From the NCBI GenBank assembly GCA_004431415.1, contig QPMI01000136.1, positions 62,001 through 126,000 on the forward strand: 64,000 bases of DNA, given 5' to 3'. This DNA comes from Cyanophora paradoxa CCMP329 (taxonomy: Eukaryota; Plantae; Glaucophyta). This document shows, in pieces, positions 43,388-56,181 of this stretch. Within the stretch, counting starts at the first letter, position 1. Every line of letters begins with the position of its first letter. The notes beneath the pieces were generated by a model. That model worked only from the letters and a program-made list of their open reading frames with translations, did not search any database and had not been told where the DNA came from. A program made the position numbers and the translations under genes.

Positions 43388-46300
43388 ATGCCCCGCCAAA
43401 CTAATCGCCTTATAAAAGAGAAAAAGGACGAAATATTAGGCTTGTTAGGTAGTCTTTTAGTCACTGGCGAGATCAACGAAGCCGAATACGATCGGAGGGC
43501 GGCGATCTTAGATCGAAAACCCCGCTTAGCTAACCTTGCAAATATTGCCGACGAGCTCTATGATCGCCTGGAAAATGTGGAGCGCTTCTATACCGAAGGG
43601 CGGCGCTTAGCCGTCATAGAACCCGATGAGGACGACGGTTTCGCAATGAATAAAGCATACGCCTGGTATAGCTATAAGGCGGATGAACAGATAATCTTAG
43701 ATCCGGTGGAATTTCTCACTACCATTGCTGCAAATCTGCCTGGGCGGCTGAAAGAGAGGCTGGACGAGCTGAAAGCTATTAAGGTGCGCCTTACATTCAT
43801 CTGCCGATACGTAAAAGTGAGTGATCCTAACGTTTTTATCACCAAACACATTTACAGCGATTATTTCGTAATCACAAGGTCGCGCAATATTCTCACTGAG
43901 TTAGTGGGTGTAGCTCAGCAAATGAATGAACAGATGATACAGGTCGACAGCTACCGGCTCAGTAAATTAGATAAGCTACATGTCGCCGTTTTGTCATATG
44001 CGCCGGTGGGCGGGTGCTACATTGAGACCCCCGAATGGATTGGATTAAAGCGAGCCACAGTAAATATTAAGAATATCGATGGTCACGACTGTTTTAATTA
44101 CGCTATCCTCGCATGGCTGCACAGAAACGACATAAACAGACACAAACGTAATGATCCGTTCCAATATAGGCGGTGGATGACTGAACTCGACTTTTCAGGC
44201 ATTAATTTCCCGGTGGCTTGCGATGCTGCATTAATAGATCGGTTCGAGGACAATAATCCCGAGCTGTCAATTAATATATATGGCGCCGACAATGCGACCC
44301 AAACCTTTTACCCACTGCACATGTCAAGTAATCCGCGTCGTAAATCAAAGGTAAACCTGCTGCTGATCGAGGACGCAAACGGACAGGGTCACTATATTAC
44401 GATTATGTCACTGAGCCGCCTCTTAAAGACCACCTTTGATAAAGCAAACGACGGGCGCATTTTCTACTGCGAAACCTGTTTGTCCCGGTTTAGATCACAG
44501 GAGAAACTCGATAGCCACACCGACTCTAATCGCTGTATCGATTGGAGAATGAGTAAAGGTAAATGCCCGGAACCCGGAAGCTTTATTACTTTCGGACTGC
44601 AACACCTAAGGAAAATGGTGTGGCTGCCCACTGTCTGTTACTGCAAGGTAGAGATGGAGTCGGTGCCGGTTCCTGATGAGCCAAATCGAACCAAGCGAGA
44701 GGTAAAGTCAGTGGCACTTAATGTAGTTATGGGCTCGCATGTTGAAAATCACGAATTCGAGGGCGTGGATCCACTGGGACAGATGTTTACCACGTTAGGG
44801 GAACTGTGCCGCGAGATGCTTAATACCCTATTTACTAATACACCTATGATTCCGCTCACAGAGGCGCAAAAGCAAGCCTATAAAATCACCAAACACTGCT
44901 ATATATGCAATCAGCGGTTTACCCACGAAAACTTCCCTGTGCGCGATCACTGTCACCAAAGCGGCGATTATATAGGGAAAGCTTGCCGAAAGTGCAATTT
45001 ACATAGGAGGATCTCAAAGCAAACGAAAGTAGCTGTGGTAATTGATCGGATGGACGAGTGCGGGCATGCTATATTCAGGAAAATCGCACAGCAAGACGAT
45101 AAGCTGCGGGTCGAGATCCTAAGTAAGAATTTCGACGAGTATCTCTCTTTACAGTGGGGACTTTACAAGTTTATAGACGCCTCGAATTTCATGGATTTTC
45201 AGGCGTCCGATGTTAATGATCTCATGGTAAAATTCGGTAAATTCAGTATGCTCGCCCATGAGCAATACGGACTGGATCCCACTCATTATGTGAGCGCACC
45301 GGGACTATCGTGGGACGCGATGTTAAAGCATACGAGGGTCGCGATTGAACAGATCAGCGATGCGGATCAATACGAATTTATTGAGCGGGCAATTAGGGGC
45401 GGCTTTGCGACCATGCCCACACGATATGCCGAGGCTAATAGCGAGAATAAACATATAGTGCTATTGGATGCGAATAATCTATATGGCTATGCGCTCAGTC
45501 AGCCTTTACCGGTCGGGGACTATCGCTGGGACGACACAAGCACAGCGTTTACCGAGGTTGTAGGGCGGAGTGCATTTATAGAGGTCGACCTTGCCTATCC
45601 GGACTATTTAAAGGCTGACCATCGCGATTTCCCGCTGATCGTGAGTAAAGAGGTAATTACTGCGGACATGCTCGGCAAATATCAGCGTGGGCTTTTGGAG
45701 ATTAGCGGCGAGAAGCTAAGTAAAGATCCGAAGCTGATCGCCTCGTTTACTCCGAAATATAATTACGTGGTCTCTCAGCCGATGCTGCTCTATATGGTAA
45801 AAAAGGGGATCGTAGTTACTAAGATTCACCGCGTGCTCTCGTTTGCAACCGCTGCATTTATGAAGCCCTATATAGATCTAAACACGAAACTGCGCAAGGA
45901 AGCCCGGAATAAATTCGAGAGCGACTTCTTTAAATTGATGAATAATGCTATTTACGGTAAATGTCTGGAATCGTGTCGCGGGCGCTCCGTGGTAAAGATC
46001 GCGAATAGCACGAAGCTGTTTAAGAAATATGCGGCGAGCCCACTGGTAAAAGCGACGAATGTATTAAACGAGACCGCGGTCGCCTTTGAAATGTATAGTA
46101 AACACGTAAAACTCGATAAACCGGTTGCGATTGGCGCTTATGTGCTGGATGCCGCGAAGCTGCATAATTATAGCTTCTTTTACGACGTGATCCGACCGAC
46201 TTTCTCGCAAGCTCAGCTGCTGTTCCACGATACCGACTCGTTCTGTCTGTATATAGAGACCGCGGATCTGGAAGCGGGCATGCGAGCGATCAGCCCTCAT

Positions 46301-46651
46301 TTAGACTGCCCTTATAGTCCCGAGAACCGGATGGTTCCCGGTAAATATAAAAATGAGATGCCCGACGTCAAGATAGTGGAGTATGTGGGGCTGCGACCGA
46401 AGCTATATGCTTTCCGCACCGAGAGCTACGACAGGGTAAAAATGAGCGGGACAGCCTCGAAAGAGGTGCATTTCGACGACTTTAAGCGCTGCCTATTTGA
46501 CGGGATCACAAAAACAGTAACAGTAGTAAACAAGCAATGGCGATGCCACCACTTATATGATTTGGAGAGCAAGCGGATAGCGCTGACCCAATTCGATGGC
46601 AAGCGCTGCATATCAGGCGACGGCATACATAGCCTTCCATTCGGCTGTTAG
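43388..46651 (+). CDS. polB: Protein-primed family B DNA polymerase, paralog of 11215-14460
   Basis: LLDANNLYG, KLMNNAIYGK, HDTDS; long identical blocks with PolB-A such as CNLHRRISKQTKVAVV and KHVKLDKPVAIGAYVLDAAKLHNY. Confidence 0.95.
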   Translation: MPRQTNRLIKEKKDEILGLLGSLLVTGEINEAEYDRRAAILDRKPRLANLANIADELYDRLENVERFYTEGRRLAVIEPDEDDGFAMNKAYAWYSYKADEQIILDPVEFLTTIAANLPGRLKERLDELKAIKVRLTFICRYVKVSDPNVFITKHIYSDYFVITRSRNILTELVGVAQQMNEQMIQVDSYRLSKLDKLHVAVLSYAPVGGCYIETPEWIGLKRATVNIKNIDGHDCFNYAILAWLHRNDINRHKRNDPFQYRRWMTELDFSGINFPVACDAALIDRFEDNNPELSINIYGADNATQTFYPLHMSSNPRRKSKVNLLLIEDANGQGHYITIMSLSRLLKTTFDKANDGRIFYCETCLSRFRSQEKLDSHTDSNRCIDWRMSKGKCPEPGSFITFGLQHLRKMVWLPTVCYCKVEMESVPVPDEPNRTKREVKSVALNVVMGSHVENHEFEGVDPLGQMFTTLGELCREMLNTLFTNTPMIPLTEAQKQAYKITKHCYICNQRFTHENFPVRDHCHQSGDYIGKACRKCNLHRRISKQTKVAVVIDRMDECGHAIFRKIAQQDDKLRVEILSKNFDEYLSLQWGLYKFIDASNFMDFQASDVNDLMVKFGKFSMLAHEQYGLDPTHYVSAPGLSWDAMLKHTRVAIEQISDADQYEFIERAIRGGFATMPTRYAEANSENKHIVLLDANNLYGYALSQPLPVGDYRWDDTSTAFTEVVGRSAFIEVDLAYPDYLKADHRDFPLIVSKEVITADMLGKYQRGLLEISGEKLSKDPKLIASFTPKYNYVVSQPMLLYMVKKGIVVTKIHRVLSFATAAFMKPYIDLNTKLRKEARNKFESDFFKLMNNAIYGKCLESCRGRSVVKIANSTKLFKKYAASPLVKATNVLNETAVAFEMYSKHVKLDKPVAIGAYVLDAAKLHNYSFFYDVIRPTFSQAQLLFHDTDSFCLYIETADLEAGMRAISPHLDCPYSPENRMVPGKYKNEMPDVKIVEYVGLRPKLYAFRTESYDRVKMSGTASKEVHFDDFKRCLFDGITKTVTVVNKQWRCHHLYDLESKRIALTQFDGKRCISGDGIHSLPFGC

Positions 46652-46930
46652 TCGTCTATCTTATCGTGCGTTCTTTTTCTTGGTTTGCGCTCTAATTGAA
46701 GGAGCTGTCGCCTTAGGATATGGAGAAGCCATATGCACTTTAATCTGGGGTCGTCGGGTTCGATTAGGAAGTAATTAGGGATCGGGTGCGCGTCCCATAC
46801 CGGGGCGTCCATTTATCTGTAATCGCGGTAAAAATTGAAAGCCCCGTGGGCAACGCAAAATGATTTAAGGAGAACGCGCTACATTTAGGCAACAGGAAAA
46901 TATTTTCTCAGCTTAAAGTAAAAGGCGACA

Positions 46931-47542
46931 ATGGCGTATCTGTTCAATGGCGAGCCCATCTTTTCGGTTCCTATTTCCGAGCTTCCATTCAGCATCGGTG
47001 AAATGATCGAGGTCATCAGTGGTGTGGACAGATTTGGTAGGATTTTAAATAGCAACTCGTATGTGAATTTGTCGCAAATGCGGGCTGTTGGATATTTTCA
47101 TAACAGACCCCATCAAGTCGTCATTAGACATGTTGATGATAGGTTCTTTGTAGCGAGACCTATCGAGCCTGTGGGAAACACCAAGTTTGCTGCGAGAAAA
47201 CTTAGAGATGAAGAGACCGAAGATGGCTTTACGACTGTGATTGATTTCTGGCGGCATATTAGATGCACTCCGTATATTCAAGCCCATGTTATGGATGTGA
47301 TTACGCGCGAGTATGCGGAGCAAGTCCCTCGGCGTTTTTACTTCCCTGTGATTAGAGACCTCTCCGTTTATCATCGCAAGTTCGAAGGGCACAATTTAAA
47401 TATTACTACGCGGGCTACTTTGCGCAAATTCTTAAAACAGAACGGTGCTCAATGGAGTCGTGGGCATTGCATGTGGTATATCGAGGAAAAGGACAGAGCC
47501 GGCATCGTCGGCGATATATTCTGCTCGCATCTTCGTGGCTAG
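46931..47542 (+). CDS. Hypothetical viral protein with C-terminal DUF5710-like motif; 3' end may be replaced by inserted GC-rich DNA
   Basis: LKQNGAQWSRGHCMWYI; upstream AAAATTGA and AAAATATTTTCT. Confidence 0.55.
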   Translation: MAYLFNGEPIFSVPISELPFSIGEMIEVISGVDRFGRILNSNSYVNLSQMRAVGYFHNRPHQVVIRHVDDRFFVARPIEPVGNTKFAARKLRDEETEDGFTTVIDFWRHIRCTPYIQAHVMDVITREYAEQVPRRFYFPVIRDLSVYHRKFEGHNLNITTRATLRKFLKQNGAQWSRGHCMWYIEEKDRAGIVGDIFCSHLRG

Positions 47543-49285
47543 CCGGGTGGGGCGCAGCCTCGGAGCGCGGCGGCCTGGCGGCATGGCTTGGTGGACCGTC
47601 GGACGGCCCGGCGGGGCAGGCGCTGTGGCTCGCCGCGTGGGACGCAGCCTCCAAGCGCGACGGGCTGGCAACGTGGTTTGGTGGACTGACCGGAGGCGCC
47701 ACGGGCCGCCGGACGGCGGTGCGGCTCGCCGGGTGGGGCAGAGGCATGCAGGCCGGAGCATAATCCTTCATCAGAAAAACAAGTCTGCCACGACAGTCGC
47801 ATGGCCTGGCGTCAGGAAATCCAGTCGAGCACCTGGAGGCCGAGGCGGCGTCCGGCGGCTCCTACGTGGCCGACGCCCCAGCGTACGCCTGGACGGACGG
47901 GAGCCTGAAAGAGGGCCAGACGGTTAACGCTCGCGCGGGCTACTTTGACGTTAACGCTTTCGTCTGGTCAAGAGGGCCAAAGAGGGCCAGAGAGGGCGAC
48001 GCCCGCAACCCCCACAACGACGTTGCCGACGCCGGAGCGAACGTGGCGGCCGACCTGGAGCTAGCGGACGAAAACCGGCATGAACCTCTCTTTCTGCCGC
48101 CGGCCTTCAGCATGCCTGTGGTGCTCACCATCAGCGACCCCGACGGGCGCACACGACGGGTGGAAGGGGACCCCAAGGCACACATGGACGCACTTCACGA
48201 GCACCAGAAGCACTTTGCCTGGACCCAACAACCGCTGGCTGGCGCGCTCCTGCGCCGAGGCGCCGACGGCGCAGACATAGCAGGGCTCTATGCGGAAACG
48301 ACCGTAGGCTCCCGATTCCAAGGCGCAAATGGTGCCCGCAACGCGCTATTCAAGTTTCGGACGGAGCTGCTCTGTAGCTCGCTACCAGCGAACGAAGTCC
48401 GGGTACGTGACCAGAAGGAACTCTACGCCGCCTGCAACCCTGAGGGACGCTGTGCGGGCTGCGCCACCAGAACGCCGCTCCCTCGTGCAGAGACTAGCGG
48501 CCCGACAGCCTCACAGAACAACCAGACTGCACCAACAGCCTCGCATCCAACCAGCAGCGGGCCCCAGCCGCCCGAACCGGGCACCGACGGCTCTTACCGC
48601 AGGCCTGACTAAAACCTTCCCGCACGTCTTCCTGTGCCCGGGTCCGCATGCGGTCGCGCACCGCGCGGAGACTGCTCGTGAACTGAACCGACTTCTCCTC
48701 TGCGCATACAGAGAGGCCCACGGCCTCACAGCGCCGCCGGCAGGAGCCCTCCTTGCCCCCGACCTGGTCCCAATCTTCCTCCGCGTCGCGGACGACGACG
48801 CCGAAGCGCGCAGCTACGATGGTAGGCCGTACGCGTATCCGCGCCTCTGGGTGCTCCAGGGCCTCGCCCCGCAGAGTCTAGAAAGCGCCCTCGCACGCTG
48901 CCTGAACCTCGCACCCCGATACGCGGCACGCGCAGCTAAACGCGTTCGGCAGACGCTTCTGGAGCGGGCCCGACGCCTCTGGTCACGCCGCTGCGACATC
49001 AACGCGGAGTGGGAACGCAACTGCCGCATCTCCCAGGCCTCAAAGAAGCGACCGCGCCCGCCCCGCACGGGCGCCCGCGCCCGAGAGCGGGCCCGCGGCC
49101 CCCGGACCTGTAAGGAAGTCTGCGCCGCCTGCGACGGGCCGATTCGCCTTCACAATCTACTCAACGCCGCGCGGAACGCAGACTGCCCACCGGAGTACGC
49201 GGGCTGGAAGGCGGCGCTCCGCGCCCAAGAGCTCTACGATTGCGTCAAGGTACGCCCTTGGGAGTCACATCCTAGCCCGCTCTAA
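47540..49285 (+). mobile_element. Degenerate retrotransposon 3' fragment (RNase H-like plus Cys/His finger), probably non-LTR
   Basis: AWTDGS and NPHNDVADAGA (RNase H ends, middle missing); CAGC...TFPHVFLC; LW.RRC; followed by G19 at 49309-49327. Confidence 0.6.
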
Positions 49286-50391
49286 ACGGTACCCCGAGCC
49301 GCGCGAAAGGGGGGGGGGGGGGGGGGGCTACGTCGGGAGGAGACTCTCGACTCTCGACACCACCTACCTACTACTTCACCATACCTAGTCCTCGAAAAAC
49401 TTCCCTGATCTACTCTTAGCCTCGCACACACTAGTTATAGCCGCCCCGACCGACTCGCTGGGCCCCCCCGCCCAAGCGAGTGCCTGCCTTGCCTCCCTCT
49501 CCCGCTCTGCTCTCCCGCTCGCTCTCTTGGCCCTGCCTCCCACTCACGACCTCGCCCACGCTCCTCGCGCCTCGACAGGGAGGGAACGATGGACCGGAAG
49601 GCCTAGGCTTGGCGGAAGGCTTCGGCTGGTCGTTGCACCCACCAGATACCCCGGCCATCGCGCCAGGACCGTGGGTTGATGGACCGCCGCGGAGGGGGGC
49701 TCGCAATTGCCCGCGGCGGGGGTGCGGCGGCTGGTTCGAGGCTGGAAGCCCTGCTGACCGAGACTTCTGACCCTCCCCCTCCCCGCCACGGCCGGCGCCG
49801 ACCTTCTCCGTCCCGCCCCACTTCTTCCCCGCAACGTCCCCCCTCGCCTCATTCCCCTCGGCCCCTCTATGCCGACGTGCTTCCACCCGCGCTTCGGGCG
49901 AGCGGCCCCCTCGACGCGGAGCCCGCCGCGCTAGCTGTAGTCGCGGCCGCGTCGAGAGTAGGCAGATTAGACCGCGGGTCCGTCCTGGCTTTCCTACCGT
50001 ACAGTAGAACAGCCCGCGAGCTCCGAACGTCCCGACGGTCCCTAGGCAGGCATCACTAGCAGTAGTAGTGTTTTGATTTACCTCCCTCTCGTAGACCCCT
50101 GGGTAGTCCTCTCTGTAGCCTAGTCCTAAGCTAGGCTAGATGTATAGGTAGTAGCTCTATGCTCTGGGTTAGCTTTGCTTTAGTTTACGTCTCCTTGGCT
50201 AGCTCCACCCTGTCCGATGGCTGATAGGTTCCCTACGTATACCCGGCGCAACCAGTAGGCTCATCTTTCGACTTGACACATTACGGACACCTCAGTTCTA
50301 TTCCTAGCCGTATTGTCTCGGTGTGTGCGAATTCATTGATCCCGATACTGATATCAGTGTACCGTATAACAGAATATTAGTGCGCACATAT

Positions 50392-50459
50392 TATTAATGC
50401 GCCCCCAAATTAATGCGTTTTCCGCTGGCAAAACGCATTAATTTGGGGGCGCATTAATA
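50392..50459. repeat. Perfect 30-bp-arm hairpin, 8-nt loop
   Basis: TATTAATGCGCCCCCAAATTAATGCGTTTT and its reverse complement. Confidence 0.92.
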
Positions 50460-50545
50460 TAGAAGCGCTAAGAAACTGCGGTGTGTACCCCCTACAGCAC
50501 TGCGGCAGCGAAAAGGCTTCAAAACGCATTAATTTGGTGCCGCAA

Positions 50546-53500
50546 TTTTTTTTTTGGTGAATTACCGGCCACAGTCTCTAGACACCAGCACTGCGGGGGC
50601 TGCCCAGGGGGCATATAGACAAAAGACTCGAAGCAAAGTAACTAAGACAATATGACGAAGAAAGACAAGACAAAGAGCCAAAATCGACAATAAAAAAGGA
50701 AAGACGCAGATCTAGAGACAATGAAATGCGCGGATCGAGAAGACACAGTAAGCGAACCAGACGGAGCAGATCTAGAAGTAGATTTAAAGGACGACAGACA
50801 AGAAGGAGAGCTAGAGCTAGAAATACCATCAACAGCGAAGTGATCCACATCACTAACAAGCGGAAGACAGAATTGAGAAAGATAAATCACAGGAAGCAGA
50901 CAGGTAAGCGGAACAACAAGACGATGTGGAGGCTGAGGCAAAGCAGGACGATGCGAAAGGGCAGAGCTACGGCATGAGGAGGATACAGAAGACGGATTAG
51001 GCGGATCAAAAACAGGCAGAAGGACAGTCAAAGGAATCACTAAAGTCGGCTGGGGCCGAGGCGGGCAATCGAACTGCAAACGACGGCGAACGACAGGTCG
51101 AGTAAAAGGACTAGCACGGAGAGTAATTCGAGCATCTACACTACGATCGGAATCCGAATCAGACCGAACTAAACTAGTCGGAGAACGCCGGCGTCGGCGG
51201 GATACGACCAGCAAAGCAGAAGACGAATTCGAAGCCAGATCTAGAGGCGGCGGCTCGGCGCCAAGGACAAGGACCGGAGGGCCGGGCCCGGCAACCCGCC
51301 GGAGAGAACCAGAAGAAGACGCAGGCTCGGCAAGCCGGCGACGGGTGCGACCATGAGTCCGGGAAGAGAGCGGGGAAGCCGGTCCCGGAGCTGAGGGCCC
51401 GGGAGCAGGGCCGGGAGAAGGGAAGCCCGGCGAGAAATCTGACCCGGAGCCGGAACCCAGCGAACGACGACGACGAAGAGGCCCCCGAGGAGCCAAGACG
51501 GGGGGGTTATCGAGAAAAGCACTGACTGCCGGCGCTGAGCACGGCGGCGGAGGAACCCCGCAGACAGCGGAAGGCGGAGAGTCGAGGGTCGATCTAGAGA
51601 TCCGACGACGGGAACACGGCGGAGGTCTACGAGGCGGAAGAGGCAAGGAGGGAGCCAAGGAGGGGTCGGAGGCAGGGGAAGGGTCACGAGCAGGTGACGA
51701 GGATCGCTGCCGGCGCCGAAGAGAGGGCAGCGAAACAGAAGGAAGGTCGGGTGGCGCCGGATCAGACGACACGGGGGCCATGGGCGGCGCAGAGAGAGAC
51801 GGGCTCGAGGGCGCAAGGGCCCGACGAGGGCGCCGGCGGCGAATCTCACGAGCGCCAGGAAGTGGGACAGGACCTGCAGAAGGGACCCGAGGCGCTGAAG
51901 GGGGAGCAGGGAGTCGGAATGACGGGGAGACCGAAAAGAGGACAGTCTCGCCGACACTCGGAAGCGGGGCAGATGCCGAGGAGCTCGAGGGGGGAAGGGA
52001 GGGTGCACGTGGAGGAGGAGATATCGTGTGGCTGGTCGAAGGGTATGGAGAATCAAGAGCAGAGGCGAGGGAGGCCGGAGTGATGGCGAGCTCTGGAGGC
52101 GAGGAGGCGTGCACTCGGATCCGGGAAAGTGGATGCAGACGTAAAGAGACCGGGGACGTAGCAGCGGGAGGGGCATTCAAAAAGATAGTGCCGCTCGGCG
52201 TCACAGTTGCAGAAGCAGGGGCAAGAAGGATGGGCTGAAGAGGGGGCTGAACCAGGAGTACGTCAGAAAGAGGGCCGCGCGGGGGCGGGAGTGGAGGAGC
52301 AAGGGGAAGAGGCCAGAAGGGGTACGGCGCTGCAAGATGACCAGGGACTTGCCGGGGAACTGGCAAGTGAAGAGGCCCCGTGACAGCAAGCTGTATGGAG
52401 GGAGGAGGTAGAGGCGGGGCCAGCGGTCCAAGGAGCACAGGAATCGGGACCGCAGGGAATGGGGGGAAAGGAGCGTCGAGAGGGGCAGCTAGAGCTGGAA
52501 TGGGGACGGGCCCGAGGGTCACTATAGGGGCCAGGACAGGAGGGGAGGGCGCAGGAGGCGGGCGACCACCAGGGATCCCCAACGGGACATCCCCACGAAC
52601 GGCGAACTCCGCTGGATTCCGGAGGACAGAATTAATGTCACGCGAAGAGACGAGGTCGTCGTCAGCGCCGCCCAAAGAAGGAGCGCCGGACGAGTCAGAA
52701 TCAGAGCTTGAATTAGAACGATGAGAACCGGCACTAGACTCTGAATTATGTTCGTCATCATCCGTGGCAACCTGATCATCAGCATCAGCAGCAGCCAAAC
52801 GAGCGCGCCGCTCTTCCAACAAGGCCGAGGCCTGTGGAAGGGTGAACTCTAGGGATGACATATTTCTGTCCCAGGCGGCAACAAGCGCGGCACGGTTGTA
52901 AGACGGTGCATCAATATCAGCCTCCTCTAGATCGCACCGAGCGCGAGCAACCTGCTGTATGGAAAATACGCCAGCGAGGACTGCTCCAAGTGATCGAAGG
53001 CAGAAGGTGGGGTTAACTGTACTGCGTAAAATGGGTCCAGAAAAATCTGGGACCGAGAGGATGTGGAGGAGAGAGAGGTCAGGCACCGCGACCTCCTCAC
53101 GCTCATCAGGCGGAAGAGCAGACGCCCACAACTGCAGGCGTTCTCGAATGAAATCCCAGAACGAACGAGAAAGGGGGCACTCAGAAAAAACGTGCGCGTG
53201 AGAGCGAGCAGAACCGTCATTACAAACACGGCAGAAACGACGGCGGGGCGAGTGTTCGCCCAAACGATACAATTTGAAATGTAGACGGTAAACAGCATCG
53301 ATCCAAAGCATCGGGAAGCACTGAAGGACGACAAGATTAGGAAGACGGGACGGAGACAAGGCGCCGGGGAACCCCCACTTAGCATCGGGCATCTGAGCGT
53401 GGCTAGATACATCGCGACGCCGCTGGACCTCGAGGCAGTAGAAGCGACGAACAGATGAGAGGCGGAGAGGAAGCATACGAGCAAACGTGAATGCAAGATT

Positions 53501-56100
53501 ATCAAAAGAAAGGAAGGCAGAAGGGCCTGCACCAAGAATGAAGAGACCGGGCAGGGTTCCGCGGCGCAGAGAGAGAAAGACAGCGCTAAAGCAAACGTGC
53601 AGCGGGAGCAAGCGAGACAAAATTGAATTGGAGGATGGGCCCACAGGGTGGGAAGCCGCAGGGCGGCGAGGAACACGCGGCACGTAATCCAGCACCCGCG
53701 GAATTATCTGGTTATCGCGAACGGGGAAGGCAACAAAAGTACCGCTCGGGCCCCGGAGAAGAGCAACCGAGGTGTCCGGTCCAGACCACCAGAGATGTTG
53801 AGTTGGCGGGGCGAGGGCCTCAAGGACCTGTCGCCATGCTGCTGGGATCGCGGAGCACAGACGAGGAAAAAATGAATGGAGGGCGGAGGAGGCAGCTGGT
53901 GGAGTCCGGAATCGCCGGGTGGTACAATCCCAGATATCGCAGACCCGCAGCAAGCCAGACCGTGCACAGCGACTCCAGTCAACCTCGGCACCCGGAGCAT
54001 CGAACAAGGGATTAAAGAAAAGAGGTTGGGATAAAACTTCGAGTGAAGTACGAGGTTGACACACGCCCTGGCGCTGAGCCCACTCCGAGAAAGCCTGCTT
54101 CCAAATAGGAGGCAAGTCAAGACCGCCAAGTGGGAGACGAAGCGAGATAAAGGCGGGGCCGTAGGAAAAGGGCGCCAGCTGAACGTCCAGTTTGCTCAAG
54201 AGGTACTCCTTCCAAGGAGCCGAACAGGACGGGTCAGCCAACAAGGCCACCCACTTCATTTTCAGTGATAAAGAAAAGACACGAATATCAGGGCAATTGA
54301 GACCACCTTGATGCCACGGCAGAGGAGAAATATACTTCGAAAGTTGCCCACTCACGCCGGCAAAAGAGCGAAGCTTCTCTTGCCATGTAGAATACTGGGC
54401 ATCGGGGGGGTCAAGCAAATACAGAGCATAATGCAGGGATCCAATAAAGACCGCCCAGGCAAGGAGAACGCCGGAGCGCATCGGCATGCGATAGGTTTTC
54501 GCTTGCTGCACACGAATATCAAGAGCAGCATTTTTCTTACGCCAGAATCGAGACAGATTGGGCTCAAGCGGAAAGCCCAAGTACTTGCGAATTTTCTCAG
54601 CGGGAGGGAGATCCGTCACCTGGAGACGCCGCCAGGGACAGTCCTCGACGCTAGGCCACACGTCCGCAGGAATATCGCGGAGCGGAAGAAGGTTAGACTT
54701 CTCGAGATTAATTAGGGCACCAGACAGCCGGCAATATTTATCAAAGCACTCTTTCCAGAAGGGCAGTTCGGCAAAAGAAGAAATTAAAGGAACAGTATCG
54801 TCCGCGAACTGGAGTACCTTACAGAGAGAGCTAGAAGAAAGGCGGACGCCTCGTATACGCACGTCAGCATTGATCAAAAGGGCTAACAGGTGCGTGCACA
54901 GATTATATAAATAGGGCGATAGGGGGCCACCCTGACGCACTCCGCATCGAATGGGGAAAGGGGCCGATCTCCAGCCGTTAATGTGAACAGAGCCCTGTAG
55001 ATCGGAGTAGAGCAAGCGAACCCACTTAATAAACTGAGAGCCGAAGCCGAACTGTTCAAGCGACCAAAAAAGGAAGCTCCAGTTAACGCGGTCATAAGCT
55101 TTTGAAAAATCGAGAAATCCGAAGCACAGCTGTTCAAGCTCAGGATTACCGCCCTCGTAATGCATTAAAAGATAGACGAGCATAACCTGGTGCACTGCGG
55201 AGCGACGATGAATAAAGCCAGACTGAAAGCGGGATACAAGGCAGGCATGAGTGGCGTTAAACGATTGGAAAGGGCGCGTTCGATTGCACGCTCCTCAACA
55301 TTAGAGAGGGAAATTGGGCGGCGATTTGCGATCAAAGTAGGGTCCGTAGCCGGCTTAGTTATAGGAGTAATAAGGACGTGCCGCAAAGACTCGGAAGCTT
55401 GTCCGGACTCGTACATAGCAGAGATATAAGCACAGAAGTCGGGGCCAATCTCATCAAAAAAGCGAACGTAAAACTCAGCAGGGAGGCCATCAATGCCAGG
55501 GGACTTGGCGCCGCCAGACATCTCCTTAAAAGCGCGAAGCAGCTCTCCAGGCGATAGGTCAGAGTCAAGATCAGCAGACTCAGTAGGGAGCAGGCGGTGA
55601 GGGGAATAGAGAGAGGCAACGCCAGACCGCTCAGCTAACGACTGATCAACCGCGGCCTGAGCTGCAGCACCGTCATATAGATGAGCGTAATAGGCGGAAG
55701 AAAGCTCAAGCAAAGTACGGGGGTCGTCTGACGCGGCCTCCGGGCCTTCGGTGTCCGGGGCCCGAAGCCCCTCGGTGAACTGAGCATGAGAATCCGGTAA
55801 ATAATGTTCGAAAAAGGCTTTACTGGACCGACCATCTTGCGCAGCGGCGAAACGAATCTCGTTGCGCGAATGCTGTCTGGCATATTCAGACACGAGAGAA
55901 TTTAAGGTGCGCATCATAGAAGTGCGCAATGAACGGAAAGCGATATCGTCAATAGAACCGGTGGCGTGGCGACGGATGAGAGCTTCGAGGGCTTGGACAG
56001 AAGAGATATAGGCGTCCTTCTGCCTGCGCTTCTCACCAAGCTCCCAGGCCCGTACGCGACGCTGGAGCTCCGATTTGAGGTGCCGCAAGGCTTCCGGGTC
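50546..56100 (-). mobile_element. 5'-truncated L1/Tx1-like LINE ORF2 (RT, zf-RVT), frameshift ~55190
   Basis: KSPGIDG, RRPISLSN, LDFSKAYDRV, GVRQGGPLSP, QFADD, KYLG, CRVC...HVFSEC; endonuclease absent; T10 at 50546-50555 is a possible poly(A) tail. Confidence 0.92.
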
Positions 56101-56181
56101 CAAAAACGCATTAATATTGAGCGCATTAATATTGTGTTATACGGTAGCTGCGATCGCGTATCAGCCTTTTTTTTGGGAAGT

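Larger units (their letters stand above)
42750..47500. mobile_element. Polinton-like fragment (element B)
   Basis: AT-rich island with a pPolB collinear with that of element A; boundaries inferred from composition only. Confidence 0.8.
50360..56146. mobile_element. Non-autonomous Tc1/mariner-pogo-like TIR element enclosing a LINE
   Basis: TA|CCGTATAACAGAATATTAGTGCGC and GCGCATTAATATTGTGTTATACGG|TA (24-bp TIRs with 2 mismatches, TA on both sides); AAAACGCATTAAT subterminal repeats at both ends. Confidence 0.8.
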
